Shown here: in pieces, positions 10,175 to 19,862 of the stretch
Numbering within the stretch: the first letter of the stretch is position 1
Layout: each line of letters opens with the position of its first letter
Source: a virus
Taxonomy: Duplodnaviria; Heunggongvirae; Uroviricota; Caudoviricetes
Length of the DNA: 64,000 nt
Strand: one strand, 5' to 3'
Virus record (IMG/VR): IMGVR_UViG_3300028833_002727
Translations under genes and position numbers: made by a program
Notes under the pieces: generated by a model
Database searches by the model: none
What the model saw: only the letters and a program-made list of their open reading frames with translations
What the model was told of the DNA's origin: nothing

Positions 10175-13100
10175 ATGAAAGATACTACATCAGACAAAGG
10201 CATTTACAATGTAAATAGATTAACTTACATTGAACCAAATGAATTTGCTAGTTACTACAATTTAAAAAATGATGATATTGATTTTAGGGGTTTGTCATGG
10301 AACCCCGAAGATTTGTCAATTTCAGTTGATTTACAAGTTATAATTCCAAATCGTGCAGATAAGGGACAGGTTAACTATACAACAAAGATAGACGATGTAG
10401 TTATACATAGCAATGGCTCAACACCTCTTGCAAACTATATTTCTTATTTTGGTGGGACAAAATTATCATCAAATGAAAAGGATAAATCATATCTAACGGA
10501 TAACTATACCAACATTTCATTCGGTGAAATGAAGGATGGTAAATATGTAGATAAGGAAAGCCTTGGTATTTCATCAATTGACATCAACTTTGATGCACAC
10601 TTCTTCCCAATCGTAACAATCAATTTTACAGATGTAAGAGGTTCATCATTGTTTATGCCAAGTGAATATAATTTTGACAAAAGTGTTGGATTAGTTGATG
10701 ATAATTCAACGGATAGTGTGCAAAGTTTCTTTAGCGCACTATTCCATTTCCCTTACCCACGTTTTCTACTATCAGTAAAAGGTTTTTATGGAAACAAGGT
10801 GACATTCCAATTGGCTGTAAGTGATTTTAAGAGTGCTTTAAAATCTGAAACTGGCGATTATGATATAACCGTCCAGTTTATTGGTTATGTTTATGGTTTA
10901 TATACTGATTTACCATTGAATTTAGTCCTTGCTTCACCATATTTCAACGAAGAATACTGGCAAAATAAAGTAGATGATGGTACGTTCAAATACATATCAA
11001 GTAATGGCGGTGTTGGTAATGAGATATTACCATATGTAAAATTCATTACATTGGTTAATCAAAAAGACATAAATACAGAAGCATTAGGTAACAATACGAA
11101 TGTCAAAAATTTCTTAGCAAAGAAAAACGAAATAAAAAGTTTGGAAAGATTATTGAATATACACAATAGGCTTTCTAAAGATAGAACTTGTTTTATCACA
11201 AAAACATTTGAAGGATGTATTGGTAACAAATGTGTTTTTATGTATAAAACAGTTGATGAATATTTTACACTTAATGACAATTTATCAAAAGAATATTATG
11301 ATGAAATTCGTGACTATCTAAACACTTTTGATGATTCATATTATTTAAACCCTGCCATTAACCCATATTACAAAAATTTACTTACTGCGGTTGGCGGTAA
11401 TGTAAATCTAATTAAGGATGATACAAAGTATGAATATCTTGATAAGTTTAAAATATTCAATGGGATAAAAATTAGTGAATATTTTGACGTTGATGAGGCA
11501 ACTGGCAAAATTAACGCAGTAAAAGATAGGTTCAAAACAGAAACAGAAGGTGATGATGTTTTGAAAGAACAATATACCGATGTCGATTTTGTTAATGTGG
11601 ATAAAACTTTAATGCCAAGTGTTTATGCTGGATTAGTCATTAACCATTATGATTACTCTAATTTCCTAACTGCTGAGATTGAAAATTTGAGAATTGAATT
11701 AACGAGGGAAGAGAATGAAATAGTAGAGGATTTAGGTAAAGTATTTGAGGATATTATTGGATTTAGTCCTACGGTAGAGAATTTCTATCGTATGCTTTTT
11801 GCACACATTGATTGTTTTATGAATTATTTCTATAGAAAGGTGTTGGATAAAATTACTGACGCCACAAAGAAAGGTGAAAGAACAATCAATTATCTTGGTA
11901 TTCCAATTGAGAATTTGGATATGCCTAAATCACTTATTGGTAGTAACGATGCGAATAAAAACGAGTTCAGCGTATTCCCATTCCCAGGATATTTCAACGA
12001 AAAACTTGATTTAAATGGTACAAGAATGGTTGCTATGTTCCCTGGTGAGTCACCATCTCAAAATTTTAGAAACATACGTGAAGTTAGTTGTGTTGATGAG
12101 ATACTTAAAGGTACTGAATTGTTAGGTGTAAAAATGAATGAGTTTCTTGCAAACCAAAATAGTGACAATAATGATTATGCTGGAATTGGTGATACTATGT
12201 TATCAATTCTTAGTGTATTGTATGGTGGTGTTAATCCGTGGAGTGATTTCAAATTTGATTCTCAAGACGACACATTGAATATATACAAAGCACTATTCTT
12301 CTACATGACTCAGTTGGTTGCGGAGAAGCGTATTGGCTTAAACACCGACGAAAATGGTTGGGTTAAAGGAGAATATATTGATAGACAAGTTGATGCATTT
12401 TTAAATTCTGGGGTACAATTGACTGATAGTTTGAAAAATGCAATTAAACACTATGGTAATAATACTGAAGCATTGCGAAGAAATGTAATGTCACATGATG
12501 GTGAAAAAGAATATAAGTTATATGATTTTAGGTATGATAGGAATGATACAGACAACATACACGTATATGACGAATATAACAAAAACATTCTATTAACTCC
12601 AAATAGTTCTATACTAATAAAACCTAACAGTGATTTAACGGATGAAGAAAAAACAAAATATAATGCGGTTGGTATAGGTGAAGAGAAGGATTGTATCGGA
12701 AGTAACAATACAATCAGTTTACCAAACGGAACAAGCGTTGAATACGACACGTTAAAAGGATGGAATTCTCAACTTTATCAAATTGGAAATGGCACAGAAT
12801 ATTTAGGTGGTGAATTAAAACTAGGTGTATCTTGTGTGTCATTATTAAAAGATAACACTGATGTTTATAATTTAAATGATGGCGTACAGGTTCAATTCGT
12901 CGCACACAACGGAAACGCAGTTGTATTTTGGTGGACACCAAGTGATGGCGAAGTAACACTTAATGTATTTAACGAAGATAATAACATTTATAATAATCTT
13001 TCACGCTACTATAATAATGGTATTAAAGAAAAACACATTTTCTTTGTTGGAACAAAACAATACTCTATGGAACAAATTCAGGATCCATATAGACTTACTC

Positions 13101-15556
13101 CACAACCAAGTTACGATAAGTATAGTGCGCGAAATATATTTTCTGGTGTTAAAGAGTTTTATGACAAACGAGGAAATAAAAAAGAAAATACTGGGTATGA
13201 TGAATATAAACCTTTAATGGAAACTAAAAGATTTGATGTTGGCGCTGATGTTACTACTGCTGATAAACAATATGCCTTTGCAACTTATTTTTTATCTTTA
13301 TTATGCGGCGGCACAAAAGAAAAAGGAGCATTAGGAAAGATCCTTGATGTTCTTGGTGCAAAAACTAGTTTTACAGCCCTACGCAAAGTAGATTTATTAT
13401 ATTTAGGTGGCTCATTGTATTTTGCAACATGTTTTGAAAATTCAAAATGGAATGAAGGACAAACAGAGAAAAAAATTGCTGAACTAACATTTAACGGTGA
13501 ATTAGGTTCTGGTTTACTTGGTGATATTTACAAAAAAGATAAACAAACATTGTATAGTATCACAAGTTTCATGGATGGTGGTACCATAAATAAATTAGGA
13601 CAATCGTTAATTGATAATTTTAAAGAATGGTGTGATAATGAATTGTTTGGTGGTAAACAAATGTATAATAAATTAAGCGGCGGAGGTGATGCATCAGAAT
13701 ATTTCACTTTATCTGGTTTTATGTCTAACGCTAATGGATATACAGATGTTCAGGGATATACAAAAACAAGTGAATGCTCAAAATGGTTAACAGATTTGGC
13801 TTATAGTTATGAATTTATTTACGTGCTAGGAACTAAAGATAACAAAGATATTAAACTATCTAAAACCAAAGAAATCTATCCATTTTTAAAGAAATTGGCT
13901 GATAAAATTAAAGAAGAAGAGGAAAACGCAACAAACAATACTCAAAACAACAGTATTACGACTAGTGATGACAATGAAATAGAAGTTAAACGTGCGTTAT
14001 ATTATACACTTAAAAACTTATATGATAAGTGGCTTTGTGGATATTGTTATGATGAGTTCAAATTAAATAAACCAGACGAAGATTTGGAGTTCCGTAAACA
14101 ACGTTTTTGTCAATCAATTTCTGAAAAACCTGGTAAAAAGGTTAAAACATCAGAATACAATAACTTTGTTTATGTGGATCAGTTTTTTAACGATATTTCA
14201 TCACACTATATGATGGATGTTGATACTATTTCAAGTAAATTAGTCGATATATATACTGGTAATAAGAATTTGGATATTTATTCATTCATGTCATTTATGG
14301 CTGAAAAGAATAATCTTATGCTAATAGCATTACCTGTGTATAATAACATGTATAATGCAAAATCAATAGCAAGTGTTTTCACACCGAACACGTTGTATAA
14401 TATCAACAATTACGATAATTCCAATGGTATTGGTACAACATATGTTGTGATGCACGCTAGTGAGGTTTCCCACCAGTCGGAATTGTATCAAGGGTATGAA
14501 TATTGTAGGGATTATCCTGATCTTGCAGGGGTTGGATTAAATCAACAGCCAGTCGATATAAAATTGTTTAATGTTTCTGGTGCAGATGATAACACTAAAT
14601 TAAATTACAATGTTTCAGCATTTGCAGTGTCTTATTCAAAACAAAATCAGATGTATTTTAAGAAGATAAATGTTAATATGGATAATCCAAAAATGACTGA
14701 TGAGGCAATACGAAACGTTTTAGTGTTGTCCGAAGGTGGTTCACAGTCTGATATTAACCAACCAATAACAATTGGACAAAATATATATTCAATATACTCA
14801 AATCGTTCATATACTTGTACAGTTGAAATGATGGGATGCGCTAATATTACGCCTTTAATGTATTTCCAATTAAACAATATACCAATGTTTAGGGGATTAT
14901 ATATGATTATTAGTGTCAAACACTCAATTAAAGCTGGTGACATGACAACCGTATTTACTGGTGTTCGTGTTTCTAGATATAGTTTACCGGATTTAAGCCG
15001 TGCTATATTAAATAGTAACATTTTTGGCGAGTTAGAGAGTGGTAATGCTTGGAAAGATGGTAGAGATATTAGTGGCGGCTCCGTTGGTTCAGGAAAACGT
15101 TTAGAGGTTGCGACAAAATTAGGATTTAACGACCACCCAACGAAGGACGAGTGTAAAGCGAGAATGAAAACAATTGAATTAACGGCATATCCTGGAACAT
15201 CAATAACTGTTCACGAAGATTTAGTTAATGAAGTACAAAATATCTTTAATGAATTACACCAATTAAACGTAACAAACTTAACAGTTGGTGGATATTGTTA
15301 CAGAAAAATTAACAATCCAAGTCAGCCAAATTCAAATATATTATCTCTACACTCTCTTGGATGTGCTATTGATATTAACCCAGCATTAAATCCATTCGTG
15401 AAAAATGGAAAACCATTGGCAACTGGTGATGATACAACTGCTGGTAAGATAAGAACGTTAAATTCACCTATTGTACAAGTATTTGAAAAGTACGGATGGG
15501 GATGGGGAGGAACATATGGCGATTACATGCACTTCTCAAAAGCAGACGGAAAATAA
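10175..15556 (+). CDS. Baseplate hub (gp27/gpD-like) with C-terminal M15-family peptidoglycan peptidase
   Basis: 1793 aa. Hub C-terminal motif SYTCTVEMMGCANITPLMYFQLNNIPMFRGLYMIISVKHSI; terminal zinc peptidase motifs YRKIN...SLHSLGCAIDIN...FEKYGWGWGG...DYMHFS. Confidence 0.7.
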   Translation: MKDTTSDKGIYNVNRLTYIEPNEFASYYNLKNDDIDFRGLSWNPEDLSISVDLQVIIPNRADKGQVNYTTKIDDVVIHSNGSTPLANYISYFGGTKLSSNEKDKSYLTDNYTNISFGEMKDGKYVDKESLGISSIDINFDAHFFPIVTINFTDVRGSSLFMPSEYNFDKSVGLVDDNSTDSVQSFFSALFHFPYPRFLLSVKGFYGNKVTFQLAVSDFKSALKSETGDYDITVQFIGYVYGLYTDLPLNLVLASPYFNEEYWQNKVDDGTFKYISSNGGVGNEILPYVKFITLVNQKDINTEALGNNTNVKNFLAKKNEIKSLERLLNIHNRLSKDRTCFITKTFEGCIGNKCVFMYKTVDEYFTLNDNLSKEYYDEIRDYLNTFDDSYYLNPAINPYYKNLLTAVGGNVNLIKDDTKYEYLDKFKIFNGIKISEYFDVDEATGKINAVKDRFKTETEGDDVLKEQYTDVDFVNVDKTLMPSVYAGLVINHYDYSNFLTAEIENLRIELTREENEIVEDLGKVFEDIIGFSPTVENFYRMLFAHIDCFMNYFYRKVLDKITDATKKGERTINYLGIPIENLDMPKSLIGSNDANKNEFSVFPFPGYFNEKLDLNGTRMVAMFPGESPSQNFRNIREVSCVDEILKGTELLGVKMNEFLANQNSDNNDYAGIGDTMLSILSVLYGGVNPWSDFKFDSQDDTLNIYKALFFYMTQLVAEKRIGLNTDENGWVKGEYIDRQVDAFLNSGVQLTDSLKNAIKHYGNNTEALRRNVMSHDGEKEYKLYDFRYDRNDTDNIHVYDEYNKNILLTPNSSILIKPNSDLTDEEKTKYNAVGIGEEKDCIGSNNTISLPNGTSVEYDTLKGWNSQLYQIGNGTEYLGGELKLGVSCVSLLKDNTDVYNLNDGVQVQFVAHNGNAVVFWWTPSDGEVTLNVFNEDNNIYNNLSRYYNNGIKEKHIFFVGTKQYSMEQIQDPYRLTPQPSYDKYSARNIFSGVKEFYDKRGNKKENTGYDEYKPLMETKRFDVGADVTTADKQYAFATYFLSLLCGGTKEKGALGKILDVLGAKTSFTALRKVDLLYLGGSLYFATCFENSKWNEGQTEKKIAELTFNGELGSGLLGDIYKKDKQTLYSITSFMDGGTINKLGQSLIDNFKEWCDNELFGGKQMYNKLSGGGDASEYFTLSGFMSNANGYTDVQGYTKTSECSKWLTDLAYSYEFIYVLGTKDNKDIKLSKTKEIYPFLKKLADKIKEEEENATNNTQNNSITTSDDNEIEVKRALYYTLKNLYDKWLCGYCYDEFKLNKPDEDLEFRKQRFCQSISEKPGKKVKTSEYNNFVYVDQFFNDISSHYMMDVDTISSKLVDIYTGNKNLDIYSFMSFMAEKNNLMLIALPVYNNMYNAKSIASVFTPNTLYNINNYDNSNGIGTTYVVMHASEVSHQSELYQGYEYCRDYPDLAGVGLNQQPVDIKLFNVSGADDNTKLNYNVSAFAVSYSKQNQMYFKKINVNMDNPKMTDEAIRNVLVLSEGGSQSDINQPITIGQNIYSIYSNRSYTCTVEMMGCANITPLMYFQLNNIPMFRGLYMIISVKHSIKAGDMTTVFTGVRVSRYSLPDLSRAILNSNIFGELESGNAWKDGRDISGGSVGSGKRLEVATKLGFNDHPTKDECKARMKTIELTAYPGTSITVHEDLVNEVQNIFNELHQLNVTNLTVGGYCYRKINNPSQPNSNILSLHSLGCAIDINPALNPFVKNGKPLATGDDTTAGKIRTLNSPIVQVFEKYGWGWGGTYGDYMHFSKADGK

Positions 15557-15590
15557 TAGGTATATTTATAGAAAACTTTGATAAAATTTT

Positions 15591-16196
15591 ATGTATTTAG
15601 GAAGAATTATAACAAAAAGCAAAAATGTTGACACAATAGAGTTTGTTGATGTTACTAACGACAAATCGTTGGCTAAAAATTGTACAATACCAACTCTTGT
15701 TATCGGAAAAAAGAACGCGCAGGAACTTGTTGGTAAGGAAAATATACATTTTTTGGATAAGAAAATATCAGACAACCTCTATTGGACGTTTGCAAAGACG
15801 GAGCAGCGTAATGAATACGAGAATGATTTAAGAGCATTTAACGATATGCTCCTAAATAAACTTGTGAATAGTGTTCAGTATAAATATCTCAATATTTTTA
15901 CCGAGCCACTTACAAAAGTTAAGAAATTTATTGCGTTTATGCGGAATAGTAATGATAAGGTTGTTTACTTGTCATCAGATATGATATACGTTTATTGTAG
16001 AAACACTGTTTATGGTGTATCTATGAGTGATTTACAGTATATTGGTATATCAAGAGATAAAATTTTCCACAAATTAAAGCAAAACCAACACAATACAATA
16101 ATAACAAATAACTATTTCTTGACGAAAGCGATTAAAAAGTATATAAACGGTAGTAAAATACTTGTGCCGTATATCTTTTTTTTACAAAACGCATGA
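15591..16196 (+). CDS. Hypothetical protein
   Basis: 201 aa ORF with phage-like codon usage, preceded by GTATATTTATA. Confidence 0.7.
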   Translation: MYLGRIITKSKNVDTIEFVDVTNDKSLAKNCTIPTLVIGKKNAQELVGKENIHFLDKKISDNLYWTFAKTEQRNEYENDLRAFNDMLLNKLVNSVQYKYLNIFTEPLTKVKKFIAFMRNSNDKVVYLSSDMIYVYCRNTVYGVSMSDLQYIGISRDKIFHKLKQNQHNTIITNNYFLTKAIKKYINGSKILVPYIFFLQNA

Positions 16197-16299
16197 TTTT
16201 TCATAATTTGTTCCTAGATGAATTTCGGTTTACCATTTGTTGTTAACATTATTTTATTTTTTTTCCTAAAAACCCGTTGTTTTTATAATCTACAGGTAT

Positions 16300-16585
16300 T
16301 TATTACTAAAGATGTTCTTTGAGGTTTTTGTGGTTGTTACGGCTTCGCGAACCGCAACGTAAAAAAAACCACTTGCTACACTGCACTTCATTCAAGGCAC
16401 TGCCATCGGCAGATAACAGTTTTTTTATTATTGTAAGTGCAACCAGTGTTTGTAGTTTTTTCAAACCAAACACCCACTTTCGTGGATAGTACCACCTAAG
16501 TGGCAGGGTGTAGTCAATCACCCAATCGTCTGATGATACTATGTGTTGTTGGGCAAGCCCAACCCTTTAGGTTTGGGTAATTGAC
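16300..16585 (-). ncRNA. Structured element resembling an IS200/IS605 end / IscB-type omega (HEARO-like) RNA, with no associated ORF
   Basis: The minus strand starts GTCAATTACCC-AAACC-TAAA-GGGTT-GGGCTTG and pairs with GGGTGATTGAC about 60 nt later (inverted repeat 16513-16523 / 16575-16585). Further hairpins follow, and the GC content is higher than the flanks. Confidence 0.5.
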
Positions 16586-16628
16586 TGTTAAGAAGTATTT
16601 ATAAGTAACAAAAAAAGGATGTAAAACT

Positions 16629-16835
16629 ATGTTTTTAAAGAAGAAAGCACATAACTTATTTGCAAAGTCAATCAAGTTGGCTTTGAAGAACGTTAGAGGT
16701 TCTGTTACATATGTTGAGCCTGAGAAAAAAGAAGAGCCTGCTGAAGAAGCACATGATGTAGCGGAAGAAACCGTTAAACCAAAAAAAGTTAATAAACCAA
16801 GAAAAAACGTTAACGAAGATTTGGTTGAAGGTTAA
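16629..16835 (+). CDS. Small hypothetical protein
   Basis: 68 aa ORF downstream of GTATTTAT at 16595. Confidence 0.6.
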   Translation: MFLKKKAHNLFAKSIKLALKNVRGSVTYVEPEKKEEPAEEAHDVAEETVKPKKVNKPRKNVNEDLVEG

Positions 16836-17031
16836 TAATAACCAAAGTGAAAAAATATTAACAATTATGTTGAACGAAAATAATTTCGCTAATGCTCAAA
16901 ATCTATTGAACAGCCTTGGCGGTGATAAGAAAGTTAAACGTATTCGTAAAGAAGCAGGTTTAATTGAACGTGCTCAATCAGACGAGAAAATAATTCTAAC
17001 AGAGGATAATAGACAAGTATTGTTTGGTTAA
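16825..17031 (+). CDS. Small hypothetical protein (start may be the internal ATG near 16868)
   Basis: Coupled ORF with LNE/LTE motifs like other probable head proteins. Confidence 0.55.
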   Translation: MKVNNNQSEKILTIMLNENNFANAQNLLNSLGGDKKVKRIRKEAGLIERAQSDEKIILTEDNRQVLFG

Positions 17032-17905
17032 TATGAAGAAGGATGTTACATTAGAGGAAAGTAAAAAAAGATTCCAGCAGATATTAGAATTTACCTATCA
17101 TGGACGTGGAAAACACGTAATGGGTGAGGCTGGCGAAGATCAGCAAGACCCAAATGCTGCTCCCGCTCCAGATGCTGCTGGCGGCGCTCCTATGTCAGGC
17201 GGAGACCCTATGTCAGGCGGAGATCCTAATGCAATGACGCCTGCTGGAGGTGCAGATGCTGGCTCAATGCCACCAATGGGTGGTGATGCAGGTGCTCCTA
17301 TGCCAGGTGGAGATCCTAATGCAATGCCACCTTCTGGAGGTGCAGACGCTGGTGGTGCTCCACAAACTCCACAAGGGTTTAATCCGCAAGATATGGGTGG
17401 TGATGCAGGTGCTCCTATGCCAGGTGGAGATTTAACACCAGATGATTTTGAAGGCGGTGCAAATCCAGATGATGATGTTATTGATGTTAGTGAATTAACA
17501 GATGCCCAAGAAGAAACAGAGGAAAAAGTAGAGAAGTTCAACGATAAGTTTGAGCAAGTTTTCCGTGTTTTAGGGCAATGGGAAGAGTTAATCAAGTCAA
17601 ATAATGAGAAAATCGAGGATTTGAAGGCTGAATTTGAAAAACGTAATCCTACACAGGTTGAGAAATTGAGTATGCAGACGGCTAAATCCGGCCCATTCAA
17701 TGTAACCCCTGAAGATTATTGGAATGAGAAAGAAGCAACTTCAAATTATAGCACTGAACCAGATAATAATGGTAAAGGACAAGGACAATACGTAATTACT
17801 AAAGATGATGTTGAAGGAACAACAGATTGGAAGTCAATTGCAGACTCAATTAGTGATGATGCATTGTATCATCCAACCCTAAAAAATACAATGGGTAATT
17901 GGTAA
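17024..17905 (+). CDS. Gly/Pro/Ala/Met-rich acidic protein with C-terminal coiled coil (possible head/scaffold-associated)
   Basis: 293 aa with a low-complexity GGDAGAPMPGGD repeat region. Confidence 0.6.
   Translation: MVNMKKDVTLEESKKRFQQILEFTYHGRGKHVMGEAGEDQQDPNAAPAPDAAGGAPMSGGDPMSGGDPNAMTPAGGADAGSMPPMGGDAGAPMPGGDPNAMPPSGGADAGGAPQTPQGFNPQDMGGDAGAPMPGGDLTPDDFEGGANPDDDVIDVSELTDAQEETEEKVEKFNDKFEQVFRVLGQWEELIKSNNEKIEDLKAEFEKRNPTQVEKLSMQTAKSGPFNVTPEDYWNEKEATSNYSTEPDNNGKGQGQYVITKDDVEGTTDWKSIADSISDDALYHPTLKNTMGNW
17276..17431 (+). repeat. 39-bp exact direct repeat within a coding low-complexity region
   Basis: ATGGGTGGTGATGCAGGTGCTCCTATGCCAGGTGGAGAT at 17276-17314 and 17393-17431. Confidence 0.9.
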
Positions 17906-18030
17906 TTTACTGGTATGAAAATAATCATAAAAAATCGTCATTTTTGGCGATTTTTTTTGTATTTATAGTCTTTTTTGAATGTTTTATTTGTATTTATATA
18001 TGAATAGAAAAAAATTTGCGCAAATATCTA

Positions 18031-18058
18031 TTGAATTTTAAGAAAAAAAATGTATATT
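18031..18058 (+). promoter_or_regulatory. TTGNNT-N16-TATATT promoter (putative phage-sigma class)
   Basis: TTGAAT-16 nt-TATATT. The same spacing occurs at 34114, 38542, 44222 and 60882, and on the minus strand at 57946 and 35288. Confidence 0.55.
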
Positions 18059-18130
18059 TACTATGGAATAGTAAATATAAATTTCAATTTTAACGAAAAA
18101 ATAACTTTAAATTAGAAAAATTTATGTGTA

Positions 18131-19189
18131 ATGGAAAAGAAAAACATTAACCCAGAGTCTATTGAGGCTCTTGGTAAAGAAAAAGAACAACAACAAGAAC
18201 AAACTGTTGTAAACAAATTCAACGAAAAGAATTATCTTAATGTAAAACTAGACACTGCGAAAGGTGAATTATCAAAAGAGATTAAAATTCGTATTCTTCC
18301 AATCGACAGTAATAGTGATTCAGCATTCCAAGTCATTCACATGCACTATGTGAAGGTGAACAAGAAAATCTCCAAAAACGGTTTTAAGAATTACATTTGT
18401 TTGAAGAAAACAAGTGATATTGACGTTGAGCATTATGGTAAAAAATGCCCATTCTGTGAAATCAATCAAGGTGCTTGGGATAAGTACAAAGAAGTAACAG
18501 ATAAAGATGAGAAAGAAAAGTGGCGTCAATTGGCAAATGAAAACGCAGCAAACGAATATGCGATTATTCGTTGTATTGAGCGTGGACATGAGGAAGACGG
18601 CCCTAAATTCTGGAAATTCGGTTTAAGAAGTGATGAGAAGGATCCTATGCATAGTATCATCAAGTTATTCAAAACTCGTAAGAACGAGTCAATTGAAGAA
18701 AACTATGGGGAAGATTTCTTCAGAAAGCCACAAGACGAGCAAAACAGAATTATAGCAGAGGATGGTTTCGAGCCAGCAAACATTCTTGATATTTACACTG
18801 GTAAGGATTTGAAACTTACTATCAATGCTGTACGTAACAAGAATGGTGAGTTAACTGACAAGGTAACTATTGATATTGCTGATTATGGTTCAAGCAAACC
18901 ACTTGCTAAAACCGAGGAAACTATTGAGCAATGGGTAAACGACCCTAAGTTATGGAGTGATGTGTTTACAGTAAAACCTTATGAATATCTCGACATTGTT
19001 AGTAAAGGTGGTATTCCATACTTCGACAAGAAAGAGAATAAATGGGTTGAGTGGATTGATAAGGATTCTCAAAATAAAAAGGTAACTGAAGAGGAATTAG
19101 AGGTTACTGATGACATTAAGGAGAGTGCATCAGCCGCCAAACAAATGGATGTTGTGAAACAGGATGTTGACGGTGATTTACCATTTTAA
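18131..19189 (+). CDS. gp32-like single-stranded DNA-binding protein
   Basis: MHYV...NYICLK...CPFCE zinc ligands, GPKFWKFG, DIYTGKDLKLTI, acidic tail ending GDLPF. Confidence 0.75.
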   Translation: MEKKNINPESIEALGKEKEQQQEQTVVNKFNEKNYLNVKLDTAKGELSKEIKIRILPIDSNSDSAFQVIHMHYVKVNKKISKNGFKNYICLKKTSDIDVEHYGKKCPFCEINQGAWDKYKEVTDKDEKEKWRQLANENAANEYAIIRCIERGHEEDGPKFWKFGLRSDEKDPMHSIIKLFKTRKNESIEENYGEDFFRKPQDEQNRIIAEDGFEPANILDIYTGKDLKLTINAVRNKNGELTDKVTIDIADYGSSKPLAKTEETIEQWVNDPKLWSDVFTVKPYEYLDIVSKGGIPYFDKKENKWVEWIDKDSQNKKVTEEELEVTDDIKESASAAKQMDVVKQDVDGDLPF

Positions 19190-19264
19190 AAAAATTTGAT
19201 GTATATTTGGGGTGGATATTGGAAGTATCCATCCCATTACGTCATAAAATAACAACAAAAAAAT

Positions 19265-19855
19265 ATGAGCAATAAAAAACTTACGTTCCACTATGGAACA
19301 ATGAATAGTGGCAAGAGTGCGCAATTACAATTGAAGGCACACAACTTTGAAGAACGAAAAGTACCGTTTATTATTATAAAGAGTACAATAGATACGAGAG
19401 ATGGTAATAATGTGGTACATAGTCGTCCATTGGGTGATAAAGAATGTATTACAGTTAAACCAAGTGAAAACTTATTCAAGATTGTATCAACAGAGTTAAC
19501 AAACAGAGGCAAATTAAAATATGTTTTAGTTGATGAGGCACAATTTTTAACAGCAAAACAAGTTGATCAGTTGTCTGATGTAGTTGACTTCCTAGACATA
19601 GATGTTATTTGTTATGGATTAAGAAGTGATTTTAAGACACATTTATTCACTGGATCAAAGCGATTGTTTGAGATAGCAGATAGTTTTAAGGAAATTGAGT
19701 CAACTTGCGAGTGTGGTGAAAAAAATATGTTTAACGCAAGAGTAGATGCCAATGGTAATGTGGTAACAAAGGGTAAACAAATTGAAGTTGGTGGCGAAGA
19801 TAAATATCTCGCTATGTGTAGGAAATGTTACAAAGAAAAGACAAAAAATAAGTAA
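19265..19855 (+). CDS. tdk: Thymidine kinase
   Basis: YGTMNSGKS P-loop, LVDEAQFL, YGLRSDF, C-terminal CECG...MCRKC zinc site. Confidence 0.95.
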   Translation: MSNKKLTFHYGTMNSGKSAQLQLKAHNFEERKVPFIIIKSTIDTRDGNNVVHSRPLGDKECITVKPSENLFKIVSTELTNRGKLKYVLVDEAQFLTAKQVDQLSDVVDFLDIDVICYGLRSDFKTHLFTGSKRLFEIADSFKEIESTCECGEKNMFNARVDANGNVVTKGKQIEVGGEDKYLAMCRKCYKEKTKNK

Positions 19856-19862
19856 TTTTATT

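Noticed and set aside
16306-16521. 71-aa minus-strand ORF inside the omega-like element
   Set aside because: GTG start, atypical composition, no IscB PLMP or TnpB motifs; it overlaps the hairpins, so it is probably spurious.
19209-19237. GC-rich hairpin in the tdk leader as a riboswitch
   Set aside because: It is a single short stem with no aptamer features and could equally be a terminator or stabiliser for the upstream SSB gene.
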